Source: an uncultured delta proteobacterium
GTDB taxonomy: Bacteria; Myxococcota; Myxococcia; Myxococcales; Myxococcaceae
Assembly: GCA_963745475.1 (NCBI GenBank)
Contig: CAVUXN010000004.1
Location: 64,001-128,000, forward strand
DNA length: 64,000 bases
Direction: 5' to 3'
The position numbers and the translations under genes were made by a program. Below the pieces are notes generated by a model that saw only the letters and a program-made list of their open reading frames with translations, made no database searches and was not told the DNA's origin. Shown piece after piece: positions 9,692-19,727 of the stretch (positions within the stretch are counted from its first letter, which is position 1; every line of letters begins with the position of its first letter).

Positions 9692-10954
9692 ATGCCTGAG
9701 CCCTCCGCCGACCCCGGTGATGCTGGCCTCCACCACCAGCTGGGCTTTCTCGCCCAGCTGCTGGAGGCCGTCGAGGAGACGCCCACCGCCGGACTATGGA
9801 AGTACGGCCCGCTTCCGGACGGCAGCCGATTTGACCTCGTCGCCGGGGCAGGCCGTCTGCGCTTTGTGGCAGGCGGCTCCACCGAGGAACGGCTTGGAGC
9901 GCAGGTGGAGCGCCTCTATCCGGAAATGGCTCGTCTCATCCCGGACGCGCTGGCGCGCTCGCGCGCTGAGCGCAGGCCTCTGGGCGAGGTGCTCATCGAC
10001 ACCGGCGGCCCGCGCGCCGAGCTTGCCGTCCGCGGCGCGCTGAAGGCGCAGATGGTGAAGCGGCTCCTCCACCTGGCGGCGCTCACCCCGCCCGGAGTGG
10101 AGGCCCACTTCGAGGCGCTCAAAGCCTCGGTGGATTCTCGACTCTCCTTTGGCGCCTTCGAGGCCTACCTGGCCTGCGCCAAAGCCCTCACCCCGACGCC
10201 TCTGGACGTCGCCCACCGGGCCGCCGCAGACGTCGGCTCACGGGCCCGCACCAGCCTGGTGGTGCTCCACGAGAGGACCGGCGAGCCAGCAGTGGTGCTC
10301 GCCGCGAATGGACTCACGAGTGCAAGCTTCGACGGCCTGGACCGTGCGCTCCGGGACCTCTCGGCCCTGGTGCGCACCCCGGATGGGACTCCCGCGGGAG
10401 ACACGCTGCAGCTCGCCGCGCTCGGTGCGACACGCCATTGGCGTGTCGCCGTGGTGGGAGCTGCGTGTGCCGCCCTTCTCGACGACGTGGACGATGAGAC
10501 GTCCGCTTCGCTTCTGGCCCGAGTGTTGGAGCGCCTTCCAGCGCCGGCCGAGGGAGGCCTGCGGCCACCCACCCTGGACGCTTCGGCCCCACCGCTGGCA
10601 CACACCTTGGAGGGTGCCACCGGCGATGTCCCGGGCTGCTTGGCCGCGGGCCTCGTCCACCTCCCGACGGGGGACGTCGAGAGTGGCTTTCTCGCCGAGG
10701 AGGGCGCCGGCTTACGACTCGCGAGTGGCGCAGCGGTGGCCTCCTCGCTTTTGACGGCGGAGCGGCAAGAGGGTGGCCACCGCACTCCCGACGAGGCCTG
10801 GGCGCTCACCCGCCGTGGACTCTTTTTGGCCTTCCCCCTGGGAAAGGACACTGAGCAGGCGTTGGTGCTCGCCTGCCGGCGCGCCACCAACGTCGGCGTG
10901 GCGCTGGCCCTGGGGCGGCAATGGCGCGTCCGGGTTGCGGACCACGCCCGCTGA
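9692..10954 (+). CDS. Hypothetical multidomain protein with C-terminal roadblock/LC7-like domain
   Basis: 420-aa ORF; the last ~115 aa (VPGCLAAGLVHLPTG...LVLACRRATNVGVAL) resemble roadblock-like proteins. Confidence 0.55.
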   Translation: MPEPSADPGDAGLHHQLGFLAQLLEAVEETPTAGLWKYGPLPDGSRFDLVAGAGRLRFVAGGSTEERLGAQVERLYPEMARLIPDALARSRAERRPLGEVLIDTGGPRAELAVRGALKAQMVKRLLHLAALTPPGVEAHFEALKASVDSRLSFGAFEAYLACAKALTPTPLDVAHRAAADVGSRARTSLVVLHERTGEPAVVLAANGLTSASFDGLDRALRDLSALVRTPDGTPAGDTLQLAALGATRHWRVAVVGAACAALLDDVDDETSASLLARVLERLPAPAEGGLRPPTLDASAPPLAHTLEGATGDVPGCLAAGLVHLPTGDVESGFLAEEGAGLRLASGAAVASSLLTAERQEGGHRTPDEAWALTRRGLFLAFPLGKDTEQALVLACRRATNVGVALALGRQWRVRVADHAR

Positions 10955-11051
10955 AAAGACGGAGCCAGTCTCCGTCCTGCTTTTGTCTCTGAGGCGGCGG
11001 CCCCGGGGGCCGTGGTAAGGCCCGCGTTTCTAAGCTGCGCTACCGGTTGCC

Positions 11052-11423
11052 ATGGACGCCCCACCCCCCACCGCCCCTGCGCCCTACCGACGCTCGCTCA
11101 GCCTGACGCTGACGTGCGCGTTGGCCTTCCTCGCCGCGCTCCAGGCTTTCGCCTTCTCTTTCGGCCCGGACTACAGAAACCTCGGCGCCTCGCTCGGCGC
11201 CCCCTGGCTTCCACGCTTCATCTTTGCCTCCTCGGCCGCGAGCATGTTTTTTCTGGTGGTCCTGTGGTGGCGGATGCTGCGCTTGGCGGTGTGGGGCTTC
11301 CTGGCGGTGGCCGCTTTGCAAAGCCTGGCCTTCGTGCACCTCGGCCAGTGGAGGCTCACCATGCTGGTGCTTCCGGCTCTGGTCGGAGGCGCGGCTGCGT
11401 GGAATTGGGCTCGGCTGCGCTAG
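11052..11423 (+). CDS. Hypothetical membrane protein (~4 TM)
   Basis: Hydrophobic 123-aa ORF filling the gap between flanking genes. Confidence 0.6.
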   Translation: MDAPPPTAPAPYRRSLSLTLTCALAFLAALQAFAFSFGPDYRNLGASLGAPWLPRFIFASSAASMFFLVVLWWRMLRLAVWGFLAVAALQSLAFVHLGQWRLTMLVLPALVGGAAAWNWARLR

Positions 11424-11791
11424 GCAGTGGAGTCCACGACGACGACCGCCGTGCCGTAGCACAGCACCTCGGTGACGCCCTGCCCAATCTCCGTCGCGTC
11501 ATAGGCCGCGCCGATGACGGCGTTGGCACCAACCGCTCGGGCATGCAGCGCCATGCGCTCGAAGGCCTCCCGGCGTGCGAGCTCGCACATCTCGCTCCAC
11601 AGCGTGATGTTGCCGCCAAAGAGTGTCTGCAGCCCGGCGAAAAAACTTCCAACAATGCTGCGCGAGCGCACGACGATGCCTCGGACGATGCCTAGGTTTT
11701 TCACGATGCGGTGGCCGGGCAGCTCAAACGCGGTGGTCACCATGGCCAGTGGGACGGTGGACAGTGGACGGCTCAAGGACGAAGGGTCCAT
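11420..11791 (-). CDS. YbjQ/UPF0145 family protein
   Basis: LGIVRG..VRSR, AR.EA..RM..HA...[16 protein letters not shown]. Confidence 0.88.
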   Translation of the reverse strand: MDPSSLSRPLSTVPLAMVTTAFELPGHRIVKNLGIVRGIVVRSRSIVGSFFAGLQTLFGGNITLWSEMCELARREAFERMALHARAVGANAVIGAAYDATEIGQGVTEVLCYGTAVVVVDSTA

Positions 11792-12552
11792 CGAGAGTTC
11801 TCCGAGGACGACGAGAGTGCGCGAGGAGGAAGACTAGAACGGCTCCTGCGGCTGGGCGAACTTCGGAGCGCGCATGGCCCGCCCCAGGGGGAGCGCTCGC
11901 CCCCAGCACCGAGTGGCACACTGCTGCCACCGACGGATACTAGGAGCGCTTGCCGCTTCGAGACGCGCGGCCGGGCGCCTCGGGGCACGCCGGCGCGGGG
12001 CGGCTGATGCGCGGAGACAGTTTTCAGCGCGCGGGGCGCGAGGACTCTTTGAAGTGTTGCGCGAAGCGCGTCGCGTTCGGACTCGTCCAAGACGCCGAGG
12101 ACGTCACGCACCACGGCCAGCACTTTGGGACGCCAGCGCCGGTGCCAGCGTCGGCCACGCGGTGTCAGCGCAACCAGCCGGCACCGGCCATCCGTGGCGT
12201 CCGGGGTACGGGTGGTGAGGCCTGCTGCGTCCAACTCCGCCAGCTGTCGTGAGATACCGGCCGGATGCTGGCCGATGACGTCTGCCAAGTCGCGCTGACT
12301 GCTCGGGCCGAGACGGCTGAGCACGGCGACAAGGGCCCAGCCCAGGACGGCCTCGTCCTCGAGAGCCAGGATGCGTCCCACGCTGCTCCAGACCTTGCGT
12401 CGGGCGTGGGCGATGAGTTGGGCCAGCTCCTCGAACTCCTCTAGAGGACCCAAGACGGCTGGCGATGAAGGCTGCACGGGGGGCACGGGTGTGTAGGCCG
12501 GGATTCGTTGCTGTTGCAATTGAATTAACGCCTGAGCATTAGAGCCTGCCAT
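11773..12552 (-). CDS. MarR family transcriptional regulator (start and C-terminal tail uncertain)
   Basis: [44 protein letters not shown] wHTH; divergent from TolC. Confidence 0.8.
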   Translation of the reverse strand: MAGSNAQALIQLQQQRIPAYTPVPPVQPSSPAVLGPLEEFEELAQLIAHARRKVWSSVGRILALEDEAVLGWALVAVLSRLGPSSQRDLADVIGQHPAGISRQLAELDAAGLTTRTPDATDGRCRLVALTPRGRRWHRRWRPKVLAVVRDVLGVLDESERDALRATLQRVLAPRALKTVSAHQPPRAGVPRGARPRVSKRQALLVSVGGSSVPLGAGGERSPWGGPCALRSSPSRRSRSSLPPRALSSSSENSRWTLRP

Positions 12553-12697
12553 GCGTCTTTCGCATCTCGTCGCTGCGTCTCTCGGATGTGGACGCCCCGC
12601 GCCGGCTCAGCGGATTCTCCGCTGGGCTCGGTCCGCGGTGTGCAGTCGCAGCCGAGTCGCCCCACCCCCGGCTCCCCGGGGCTCGGAGAACTGGAAC

Positions 12698-14092
12698 ATG
12701 CGTCTTCCCTGGTCAACTGCCGTCGTGGTGTTGGTGCTCGCCATGAATGCGTCGGCGCAGGTTCCCCTGCCGCCGCCGCCCGCTCTCCCGCTCCCGCGAC
12801 TGACGACGGCCCCCGACCCAACGTTGGGGTCGCCGGCCATGGCCACCGACGGCGGCGTCGACGGCATTACTCCGGTGACGGAGTCCATCGGCTTTCAGCA
12901 GGCGGTGGACCAGGCGTTGGCCCGTAACCCCAGCACCCTCACCGCCGTCCAGGAGGTGGACCGCATCCACGGGCTGATGGAGGAAATCCGCGCCGCCTCC
13001 ATCCCCACGTTGGCGGCAAACCTCAACTTCACCCACCTGGACAACGCTCGGACGGAAGTCAGCCCGGTGACCGGAACCAACGTCACCATCTATCCAAAGA
13101 ACCAGTGGGCAGGAAACGTCCAACTCAACATCCCGCTCCTCGTCCCGGCGGCCTGGGCCAATGCCATCCGCGCCAATGACCAGGTGGAAGTCGCTCGCTT
13201 CAACGAGGCGGACGTCCGTCGGGTGGTGGCCACCAACACCGCGAAGACGTACATCGCCCTCGTCGCCCAGAAGCGGCAGGTCGAAGTCAACGTCCTGGCT
13301 CGCGACACGGCGGTGGCCCAGCTCGACTACGCCAAGAAGCGCCTCACCGGCGGCCTGGGGAACAAGGTGGACGCGGCACGCGCCGCCCAGACGCTGGAGA
13401 GTGCCGAGGTGGTGCTGCAGGCGAGTTACCAAAACCTGTACAGCGCCCAAGAGGCCTTGGGCGTGCTGCTCGGTCGCAGCGGTCCGGTCGACGCCTCCGC
13501 AGCACCCACCTTCCCCCAGCTCCCAGGCCTTGACGCCGCACTGGCGGAGGCGCCCAAGGAGCGCTCCGACGTGCAGCTGTACCAGGAGGAAGTCAAAGCC
13601 AGTGACCGCTCGTTGAATATGACGTGGACGGAGTACATGCCCACCCTCAACCTCTTGGGCGAGCCACTCTTTCAGAGCCCGCAGACGCCTCCCTTCCCGG
13701 AATGGGGCTGGCAAATTCAGGCTCAGCTGAGCTGGACCATTTTCGACGGCGGAGCGCGCTACGGACGGACGCACCAGCGGGAAGCCCAGCTGGCGGAGAA
13801 CCGCATCACGTTAGAAGGCGCCACCCGCCAGGTGCTCTCCGACGTCCGGGTGTCTTTCGACGCGGTGAAGCGAAGCGCCCGGGCGCTGGAGAATGCGCGC
13901 CAGGCGGCGGCCTACGCCGTGGACACCTACCGGCTGGCGGACATCTCCTACCGCGCTGGCGCCAGCACCAACCTGGACTTGATTCAGGCGTTTCTGGTGG
14001 CCCGCGACGCGGCCACCCTGTCCATCATCGCCGAGGACGCGCTCCGGCAGTCGGCGCTGGACTTACTCGTCGCCGCAGGCCGATTCCCCTGA
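12698..14092 (+). CDS. TolC family outer-membrane efflux protein
   Basis: Signal peptide, AVDQALARNP, two OEP repeats, YRAGASTNLDLI. Confidence 0.88.
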   Translation: MRLPWSTAVVVLVLAMNASAQVPLPPPPALPLPRLTTAPDPTLGSPAMATDGGVDGITPVTESIGFQQAVDQALARNPSTLTAVQEVDRIHGLMEEIRAASIPTLAANLNFTHLDNARTEVSPVTGTNVTIYPKNQWAGNVQLNIPLLVPAAWANAIRANDQVEVARFNEADVRRVVATNTAKTYIALVAQKRQVEVNVLARDTAVAQLDYAKKRLTGGLGNKVDAARAAQTLESAEVVLQASYQNLYSAQEALGVLLGRSGPVDASAAPTFPQLPGLDAALAEAPKERSDVQLYQEEVKASDRSLNMTWTEYMPTLNLLGEPLFQSPQTPPFPEWGWQIQAQLSWTIFDGGARYGRTHQREAQLAENRITLEGATRQVLSDVRVSFDAVKRSARALENARQAAAYAVDTYRLADISYRAGASTNLDLIQAFLVARDAATLSIIAEDALRQSALDLLVAAGRFP

Positions 14093-14095
14093 CCG

Positions 14096-15313
14096 CTACT
14101 CGTAGCGAAGGGCGTCAATCGGGTCGAGGCGACTCGCCTTCTGCGCGGGGTAGAGGCCGAAGACCACGCCCACCAGGGCGCTGAAGATGACCGCCACCAG
14201 GATGACGTCGGCGCGAAACAGCACCGGCCAGTGAAAGAGTGACGTCATCCACCGCGCGGTGAAAACGCCCGCGGCGATGCCCAACATCCCGCCCAGCGTG
14301 GCCAGCGTCACCGCTTCGACGAGAAACTGCATGAGAATGTCGATGCCGCGCGCCCCGATGGCCATGCGGGTCCCAATCTCCCGTGTCCGCTCGGTGACGC
14401 TGACCAGCATGATGTTCATGATGCCGATGCCGCCCACCAGCAGCGACACCCCAGCCACGATGGCCAACAAAAGAGACACCGTCCGGCTCGACTCTTCCTG
14501 GGCGCTGGCCACCTCGGCCAGGTTCCGAATGAAGAAGTCGTCCTCGCCGGTCCGGACGTTGTGTCGGTCGCGCAGGAGGTTGGTGACGTCCGTCTCTGCC
14601 CGCTCGGCAGTGGTGCCGGTGATGAGAATCTGGCCGGCGACGAATTTCTGAAGGCCTCCCTGCACCTTGGCCATGTAGGTCGTGAGGGGAATGAAGACGC
14701 AGTCGTCGTAGTCCTGCCCAAACGGGCTTTGGCCCTTCTTTCCGGCCACCGCCACCACCTGGAAGGGGATGTTGCGGATGCGCACCACTTGGCCCACCGG
14801 GTTTGCGTTGGGGCCGAACAGCTTGTCGGAGACGGTGGCGCCGAGCACCACCACCTTCGCGCCCGCGTCCACGTCGGACTGGGTGAAGCGCGTGCCGACT
14901 TGCATCGGCCAGCTGCGAATCTCGAAAAAATCCGGCTCGGTGCCCTGGACCTGCGTCGTCCAGTTGGCGTCCTCGCTGATGACTTGAGAGCCGGAGCGCA
15001 GAACGGCCACCGCGTACCGCACCGAGGGGAGCTCGGTGCGGATGGCGCGCAAATCATCCCAGGTGAGCGTGGGCTGCGTCCCGCTGCCGCCGCGTGCACC
15101 GCCCGCGTTGGTCGTGCCGGGGAGCACCACCAACAGGTTGGTGCCCATCGAAGCGAAGGCTTCCTCCACGGCGGAGCGCGCGCCTTCTCCAATGGCCACG
15201 GTGGCGATGACCGCGCCGACGCCGAAAATCATCCCCAGGGTGGTGAGGAAGGAGCGGAGCTTGTTGCGCATCAGGGCGCGTAGCGCGACCCGGATGACTT
15301 CGAAGAGGTTCAC
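14096..15313 (-). CDS. MacB-like ABC transporter permease
   Basis: RNKLRSFLTTLGMIFGVGAV, SLLVGGIGIMNIMLVSVTERTREIG, LDPIDALRYE. Confidence 0.92.
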   Translation of the reverse strand: MNLFEVIRVALRALMRNKLRSFLTTLGMIFGVGAVIATVAIGEGARSAVEEAFASMGTNLLVVLPGTTNAGGARGGSGTQPTLTWDDLRAIRTELPSVRYAVAVLRSGSQVISEDANWTTQVQGTEPDFFEIRSWPMQVGTRFTQSDVDAGAKVVVLGATVSDKLFGPNANPVGQVVRIRNIPFQVVAVAGKKGQSPFGQDYDDCVFIPLTTYMAKVQGGLQKFVAGQILITGTTAERAETDVTNLLRDRHNVRTGEDDFFIRNLAEVASAQEESSRTVSLLLAIVAGVSLLVGGIGIMNIMLVSVTERTREIGTRMAIGARGIDILMQFLVEAVTLATLGGMLGIAAGVFTARWMTSLFHWPVLFRADVILVAVIFSALVGVVFGLYPAQKASRLDPIDALRYE

Positions 15314-16035
15314 TCCGCTTCCTCGGCCGGCGGAAGCACGGCCGGGGCCGGCGTCTGGCGCTTGTCGCTCTGGAGCCGCCCGTCTTTGAGGACCACCACT
15401 CGGCCGGCGAAGGTGGAGACGTCCGGCTCGTGGGTGACCAGCACCACCGTAATGCCGCTACGGCCGAGCTCCTGGAAGAGCGCCATGACTTCCACGCTGG
15501 TGCGCGAGTCCAGGTTGCCAGTGGGTTCGTCGGCAAGGATGACGCGCGGGTCGTTCACCAAAGCCCGGGCGATGGCCACCCGCTGCTGCTGGCCGCCGGA
15601 GAGTTGGCTCGGCGTGTGGTCCATGCGGTCGCCCAGCCCCACCCGCTCCAGAGACTGTCGGGCCCGCGCGTGTCGCTCGTGCCGACTCAGGCCGGCGTAC
15701 AACAGCGGCAGCTCCACGTTTTCCAAAGCGGACGTCCGCGACAGGAGGTTGAAGCTCTGAAACACGAAGCCCAGGGTGCGGTTTCGAATGCCGGCCAGTT
15801 GGTCGCGCGTGAACCCGGAGACTTCCATCCCGTCCAGCCAGTAGCGCCCACGCGTCGGCCGGTCCAGGCAGCCGATAATGTTCATCGCCGTCGACTTCCC
15901 AGAGCCGGAATGCCCCATCACCGCGACGAATTCGCCCTTTTCGATGACAAGCGAGACGCCGCGCAGCGCCCGCACCTCGACGTCCCCCATTTGGTACGTC
16001 TTGGTGACGTCCTCGAGCGCGATGAGTGACGACAT
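15310..16035 (-). CDS. MacB/LolD-like ABC ATP-binding protein
   Basis: GHSGSGKST, LSGGQQQRV, ADEPTGNLD. Confidence 0.92.
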   Translation of the reverse strand: MSSLIALEDVTKTYQMGDVEVRALRGVSLVIEKGEFVAVMGHSGSGKSTAMNIIGCLDRPTRGRYWLDGMEVSGFTRDQLAGIRNRTLGFVFQSFNLLSRTSALENVELPLLYAGLSRHERHARARQSLERVGLGDRMDHTPSQLSGGQQQRVAIARALVNDPRVILADEPTGNLDSRTSVEVMALFQELGRSGITVVLVTHEPDVSTFAGRVVVLKDGRLQSDKRQTPAPAVLPPAEEAE

Positions 16036-16041
16036 GTGCGT

Positions 16042-17448
16042 CTAGAAGAGACGCCGTGGAGGCCCGCCCGCCGTGCCTGGCGCCGGTGAGCTGGCGATGC
16101 CGGTGATGACCAGGTCCCCGGGCTTCAGCGCTCCCTCAGTCACCTCGCTCAAGGTGCCGTCGGTGACGCCGGTGGTGATGTGCACCGGCATGGGCTTCCC
16201 CTCGCGAAGGACCCACACCGTCTTCTTTCCTTCGGTCACCACGGCGGCGGCGGCCGACGGTGTGCGCGCGGGGGCTCCGCCGGCTGTTCCTCCACCTCGA
16301 GGGCCATTGGTTCCACTGGCCCCTGAAGCGCCAGGGCCGGCTCCCGCGCCGCGGCCTCCCCCGGGGCGGGCGCCGCCGAGCGCGGCCAACATCTCCGCCG
16401 GTGGGTGGAAGCGCAGCGCCGCGTTGGGCACTCGGATGGCGTCCTGGCGCTCGGCATACACGACGGTGCTGTTGGCGGTCATCCCCGGCTTGAGCTTCAA
16501 GTCCGGGTTCAAAACGTCGATGACCGCGTCGTAGGTGACGACGTTTTGCACCGTCTGCGGCGCGTTTCGAATTTGGCGGATGTGGCCAGAGAATTTCTCG
16601 TTGGGGTAGGCATCGACGAGGAAGGTGGCGTCCATCCCGTCGTGCAGCTTCCCGACGTCCGCCTCGGCCACCGAGGTGTCGACCTGCATTTTTCTCAAGT
16701 CCTGAGCGATGGTGAACAGGGTGGGCGCGGACAGGGAGGAAGCCACCGTTTGGCCGACGTCGATGCTGCGGGAGATGACGACGCCGTCGATGGGAGAATA
16801 AATGTTGGTGTACTTGAGGTTCTCCTCGGCTTGCTTGAGCGCCGCCTTGGCCTGCTCCAGCTGTCCTTTGGCCGTGCCCGTCTGCGCCACCGCAGCCCGC
16901 CAGGTGGCCTCGGCCGTGTCCAAGTCCGCCTGAGACATGAGGTCGCGTTGTTTCAGCACCACCGTTCGGTCGTATTGCCGCTTGGCATCCACGTCCTGAA
17001 CGATGGCTTTGTCGACTTGGGCTTTGGCCGCCACCCAGTTGGCATGCGCCTGGTCGACACCGGCCTGGTAGAGTACCGGGTCGAGCTGGGTGATGAGCTG
17101 TCCCTTCTTCACCGGAGAATTGAAGTCGACTGTGATTTTTGTGATTTGGCCGCTCACCTGCGCGCCGACTTGGACAGTCACCAACGCCGAGAGGACACCG
17201 GTGGCGGTGATGCGCGCGATGACCGGACCTTTGTCCACCGTGGCCGTCTCATAGTTGAGCGGCGGCGGCCGCCGCAGGACCACCCATCCTCCAGCGGCGG
17301 CGATGGCGACGACGGCTCCCACCAGCGGCCAACGCCAGCGACGGAAGCGAGCAGCCACGCTGGGCGTTTCGGCAATGAGGCCAGGGAGTGTGGCCGAGGA
17401 GCTTTCTGAAGCATTCACAGAGACATCACCTTGTGTTGTGCCACCCAA
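16042..17448 (-). CDS. MacA-like efflux periplasmic adaptor
   Basis: N-terminal TM, VGAQVSGQI, YSPIDGVV, VGQTV, LKPGMTA. Confidence 0.9.
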   Translation of the reverse strand: MGGTTQGDVSVNASESSSATLPGLIAETPSVAARFRRWRWPLVGAVVAIAAAGGWVVLRRPPPLNYETATVDKGPVIARITATGVLSALVTVQVGAQVSGQITKITVDFNSPVKKGQLITQLDPVLYQAGVDQAHANWVAAKAQVDKAIVQDVDAKRQYDRTVVLKQRDLMSQADLDTAEATWRAAVAQTGTAKGQLEQAKAALKQAEENLKYTNIYSPIDGVVISRSIDVGQTVASSLSAPTLFTIAQDLRKMQVDTSVAEADVGKLHDGMDATFLVDAYPNEKFSGHIRQIRNAPQTVQNVVTYDAVIDVLNPDLKLKPGMTANSTVVYAERQDAIRVPNAALRFHPPAEMLAALGGARPGGGRGAGAGPGASGASGTNGPRGGGTAGGAPARTPSAAAAVVTEGKKTVWVLREGKPMPVHITTGVTDGTLSEVTEGALKPGDLVITGIASSPAPGTAGGPPRRLF

Positions 17449-17525
17449 TAATCCACCGGAGAGAGAAAGACACCCCAGGGGCGAAACCGTTAGAATTCTG
17501 AGGTAGGCTATGGTCTATCCTCCCC

Positions 17526-18488
17526 ATGATTCTTCGCTATCCCGCCGACCGGCGCACCATGGCCTGGGCCATGGCCATGCCCCTGGTCGCCCTTACTCCC
17601 TACGCTTGGCCGTCGCTGGCCACCTGGCTCTGGCCGGTGAGCTGTTATTTGGCTCTCGCCGCCGGCGTCGTCGCGCATAACCACAACCACTGTCAGACCT
17701 TCAAGAACCGCAGGCTGAATTCAATTTTCGGTCAGTTCCTGAGCGTCTTCTACGGCTACCCGACGTTTGCTTGGGTGCCCACCCACAACCTCAACCATCA
17801 CAAATTCGTCAACCGGATTGGCGACGCCACCATTACTTGGCGCTACACGAATGCCCACCACTTCCCGATGGCATTCGCCTTCCCGTTCATCGCCAGCGTC
17901 TTTCAGGCCACGCCCACCAACGAGTACATCCGCAAGGCGAAGGCCACCAAGCCCGCGCTCTACCGGGAGATTGTTCGCCAGTACTCCAGCTTCGTCGGCA
18001 TCCACGTCGGGCTCGTCCTGCTCGCCGTCGGCCTACATGGCTGGGCGGGTGGCATGCGGCTGTGGCTCCTGATGTTCGCCGTCCCGGGCGTGTTTGCGTT
18101 GTGGACCATCATGTTCTTCAACTACATCCAGCACGTCCACACCGACCCCTGGAGCGACCACGACCATTCGCGCACCTTCACCGGCCGGAGCCTCAACTTC
18201 TTCCTCTTCAACAACGGGCTCCACACCGCGCACCACGAGACACCGGGAGCCCACTGGAGCGCCCTCCCGGCTCTGCATGCCAAGCTGGCGGCGAAAATCC
18301 ATCCCGAGCTCGTGCAGAGCGACTTCTGGGGATGGTGCGCCCGGAGCTACCTGCTCGCGCCCATCTTCCCCTCCTTCGGCACCCGCCAAATTGGCCGGGC
18401 GCCCTTCGATGACCCTTCGCTGGTGGACGGCTTGGTGACGGCTTCCGTCGAAGCCAGCGAGTCCGGCGTCAACGCGGCTCGGGTCTGA
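17526..18488 (+). CDS. Membrane fatty-acid desaturase family protein
   Basis: His boxes HNHNH, HNLNHH, QH and HTAHH. Confidence 0.85.
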   Translation: MILRYPADRRTMAWAMAMPLVALTPYAWPSLATWLWPVSCYLALAAGVVAHNHNHCQTFKNRRLNSIFGQFLSVFYGYPTFAWVPTHNLNHHKFVNRIGDATITWRYTNAHHFPMAFAFPFIASVFQATPTNEYIRKAKATKPALYREIVRQYSSFVGIHVGLVLLAVGLHGWAGGMRLWLLMFAVPGVFALWTIMFFNYIQHVHTDPWSDHDHSRTFTGRSLNFFLFNNGLHTAHHETPGAHWSALPALHAKLAAKIHPELVQSDFWGWCARSYLLAPIFPSFGTRQIGRAPFDDPSLVDGLVTASVEASESGVNAARV

Positions 18489-18552
18489 CTCTCCGAGCTC
18501 CCCTCACCGAGCTCAGCGTTGAGGTGCGTCGCTCGCTCCTACCCGGCAGGAC

Positions 18553-19572
18553 CTAGGCGGGCTGCGTCCGCGAGCGGAGCAGGGCGACAATCTCCGGCGA
18601 ACTCTTCGGACGTACCGTGTCGAGTTCGACGTAGAAACGTGACAGCAGCCGGTACTGCCGCGTCATGAGCAGCGCCCAGATGCTGAAGTAGTCGAGCTTC
18701 CGGAAGACAATCGCTCCCTCAGCGCGGTAGCGCTCGACGTTTTCAAGAAAGTCTCCAGGCATGTCCGTCCAGTGCAGCGTGGGCTTCACATGGTGGCCAA
18801 TGTGGTAGCCGTCGTTGAAGCACTTGCGGTTGTAGCTCGCGTTCACGCAAGTGATGCTGTTGCGGTACGGGTTTTCCGGAGTTGCGACCGCGATGAAGGC
18901 GTGCTGCGCCCAGTTGCCGGCCATCATCGAAACGCGGGTGAAGCAGAATGGGATGATGAACACCGAGAGCGTCGGCCAAAAGCGCCACCAGGCCAGTGCC
19001 CCGACCAAGAGGTAGAAGCTGAGCTCGCCGACCCAAAAGCGCCGGAGCAGCTTGTAGCGTTTCTTGCTCCAGTGGTAGCGCGTCAGCTCTGCCCACCCGA
19101 GGAGGAAGAAGCGCAGGAAGTAGGCAGTGAAGTGAAGGATGCTGTCGCGCCGAAAGCGAAGCGTCGAGCTTAAGTCATCGGCGAGGTTATTCTCGGCGTG
19201 GTGCATTCCCACGTGGTGGGCGAAGTACGAGTCCGGCGTCTCGCCGAAAAACGGCCCCAGCGCCCACGGGATGAAAGCATTCAGCGCGCGGAACCGTCGC
19301 TTGAAGAGGGGCCGGTGGGACGTGTTGTGCAACATGAGAACGAAGGGGCCGAGAAGCACCAGGCTGTTTAAAACGAAGTACGCCAGTGCGAGCCACCAGC
19401 GGTACACGCCCGGCAGGTAGAGGAAGACGGCGAAAGGGATGTTGAGAAGGAGAAGCTTCAGCGACAGGCGGACGAAGGGAAGGTCTCGCTCGTCATTGAG
19501 GTACGGCAAGGCGAACCTCTCCCAAGAAGAGAACGCTGCCTGGGGGCTGTAAACCGGGTCCGTCAGCTGCAT
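18553..19572 (-). CDS. Membrane fatty-acid desaturase family protein
   Basis: His boxes HNTSH, HHVGMHH, QH and HIGHH; start taken at MQLTDP. Confidence 0.85.
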   Translation of the reverse strand: MQLTDPVYSPQAAFSSWERFALPYLNDERDLPFVRLSLKLLLLNIPFAVFLYLPGVYRWWLALAYFVLNSLVLLGPFVLMLHNTSHRPLFKRRFRALNAFIPWALGPFFGETPDSYFAHHVGMHHAENNLADDLSSTLRFRRDSILHFTAYFLRFFLLGWAELTRYHWSKKRYKLLRRFWVGELSFYLLVGALAWWRFWPTLSVFIIPFCFTRVSMMAGNWAQHAFIAVATPENPYRNSITCVNASYNRKCFNDGYHIGHHVKPTLHWTDMPGDFLENVERYRAEGAIVFRKLDYFSIWALLMTRQYRLLSRFYVELDTVRPKSSPEIVALLRSRTQPA

Positions 19573-19727
19573 GGGGACAGGAAAGATGGGGCACATACGC
19601 CGAGGCGAAGCGCAACAGTGGCCGGGCGTCTTTCTTGAAAGACATGACCTGGCCCTGACCGTTGCGGCCTTTTGTGGCGGCTCCGGTCGCGAAATGCAGG
19701 GCTTCCCCGATTGAAGCGTCCTCGCGC

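Noticed and set aside
11773..12030. Long C-terminal extension on MarR as a novel domain
   Set aside because: Low-complexity Arg/Pro/Ser-rich tail overlapping the next gene; likely a missed stop from an indel or neutral run-on.
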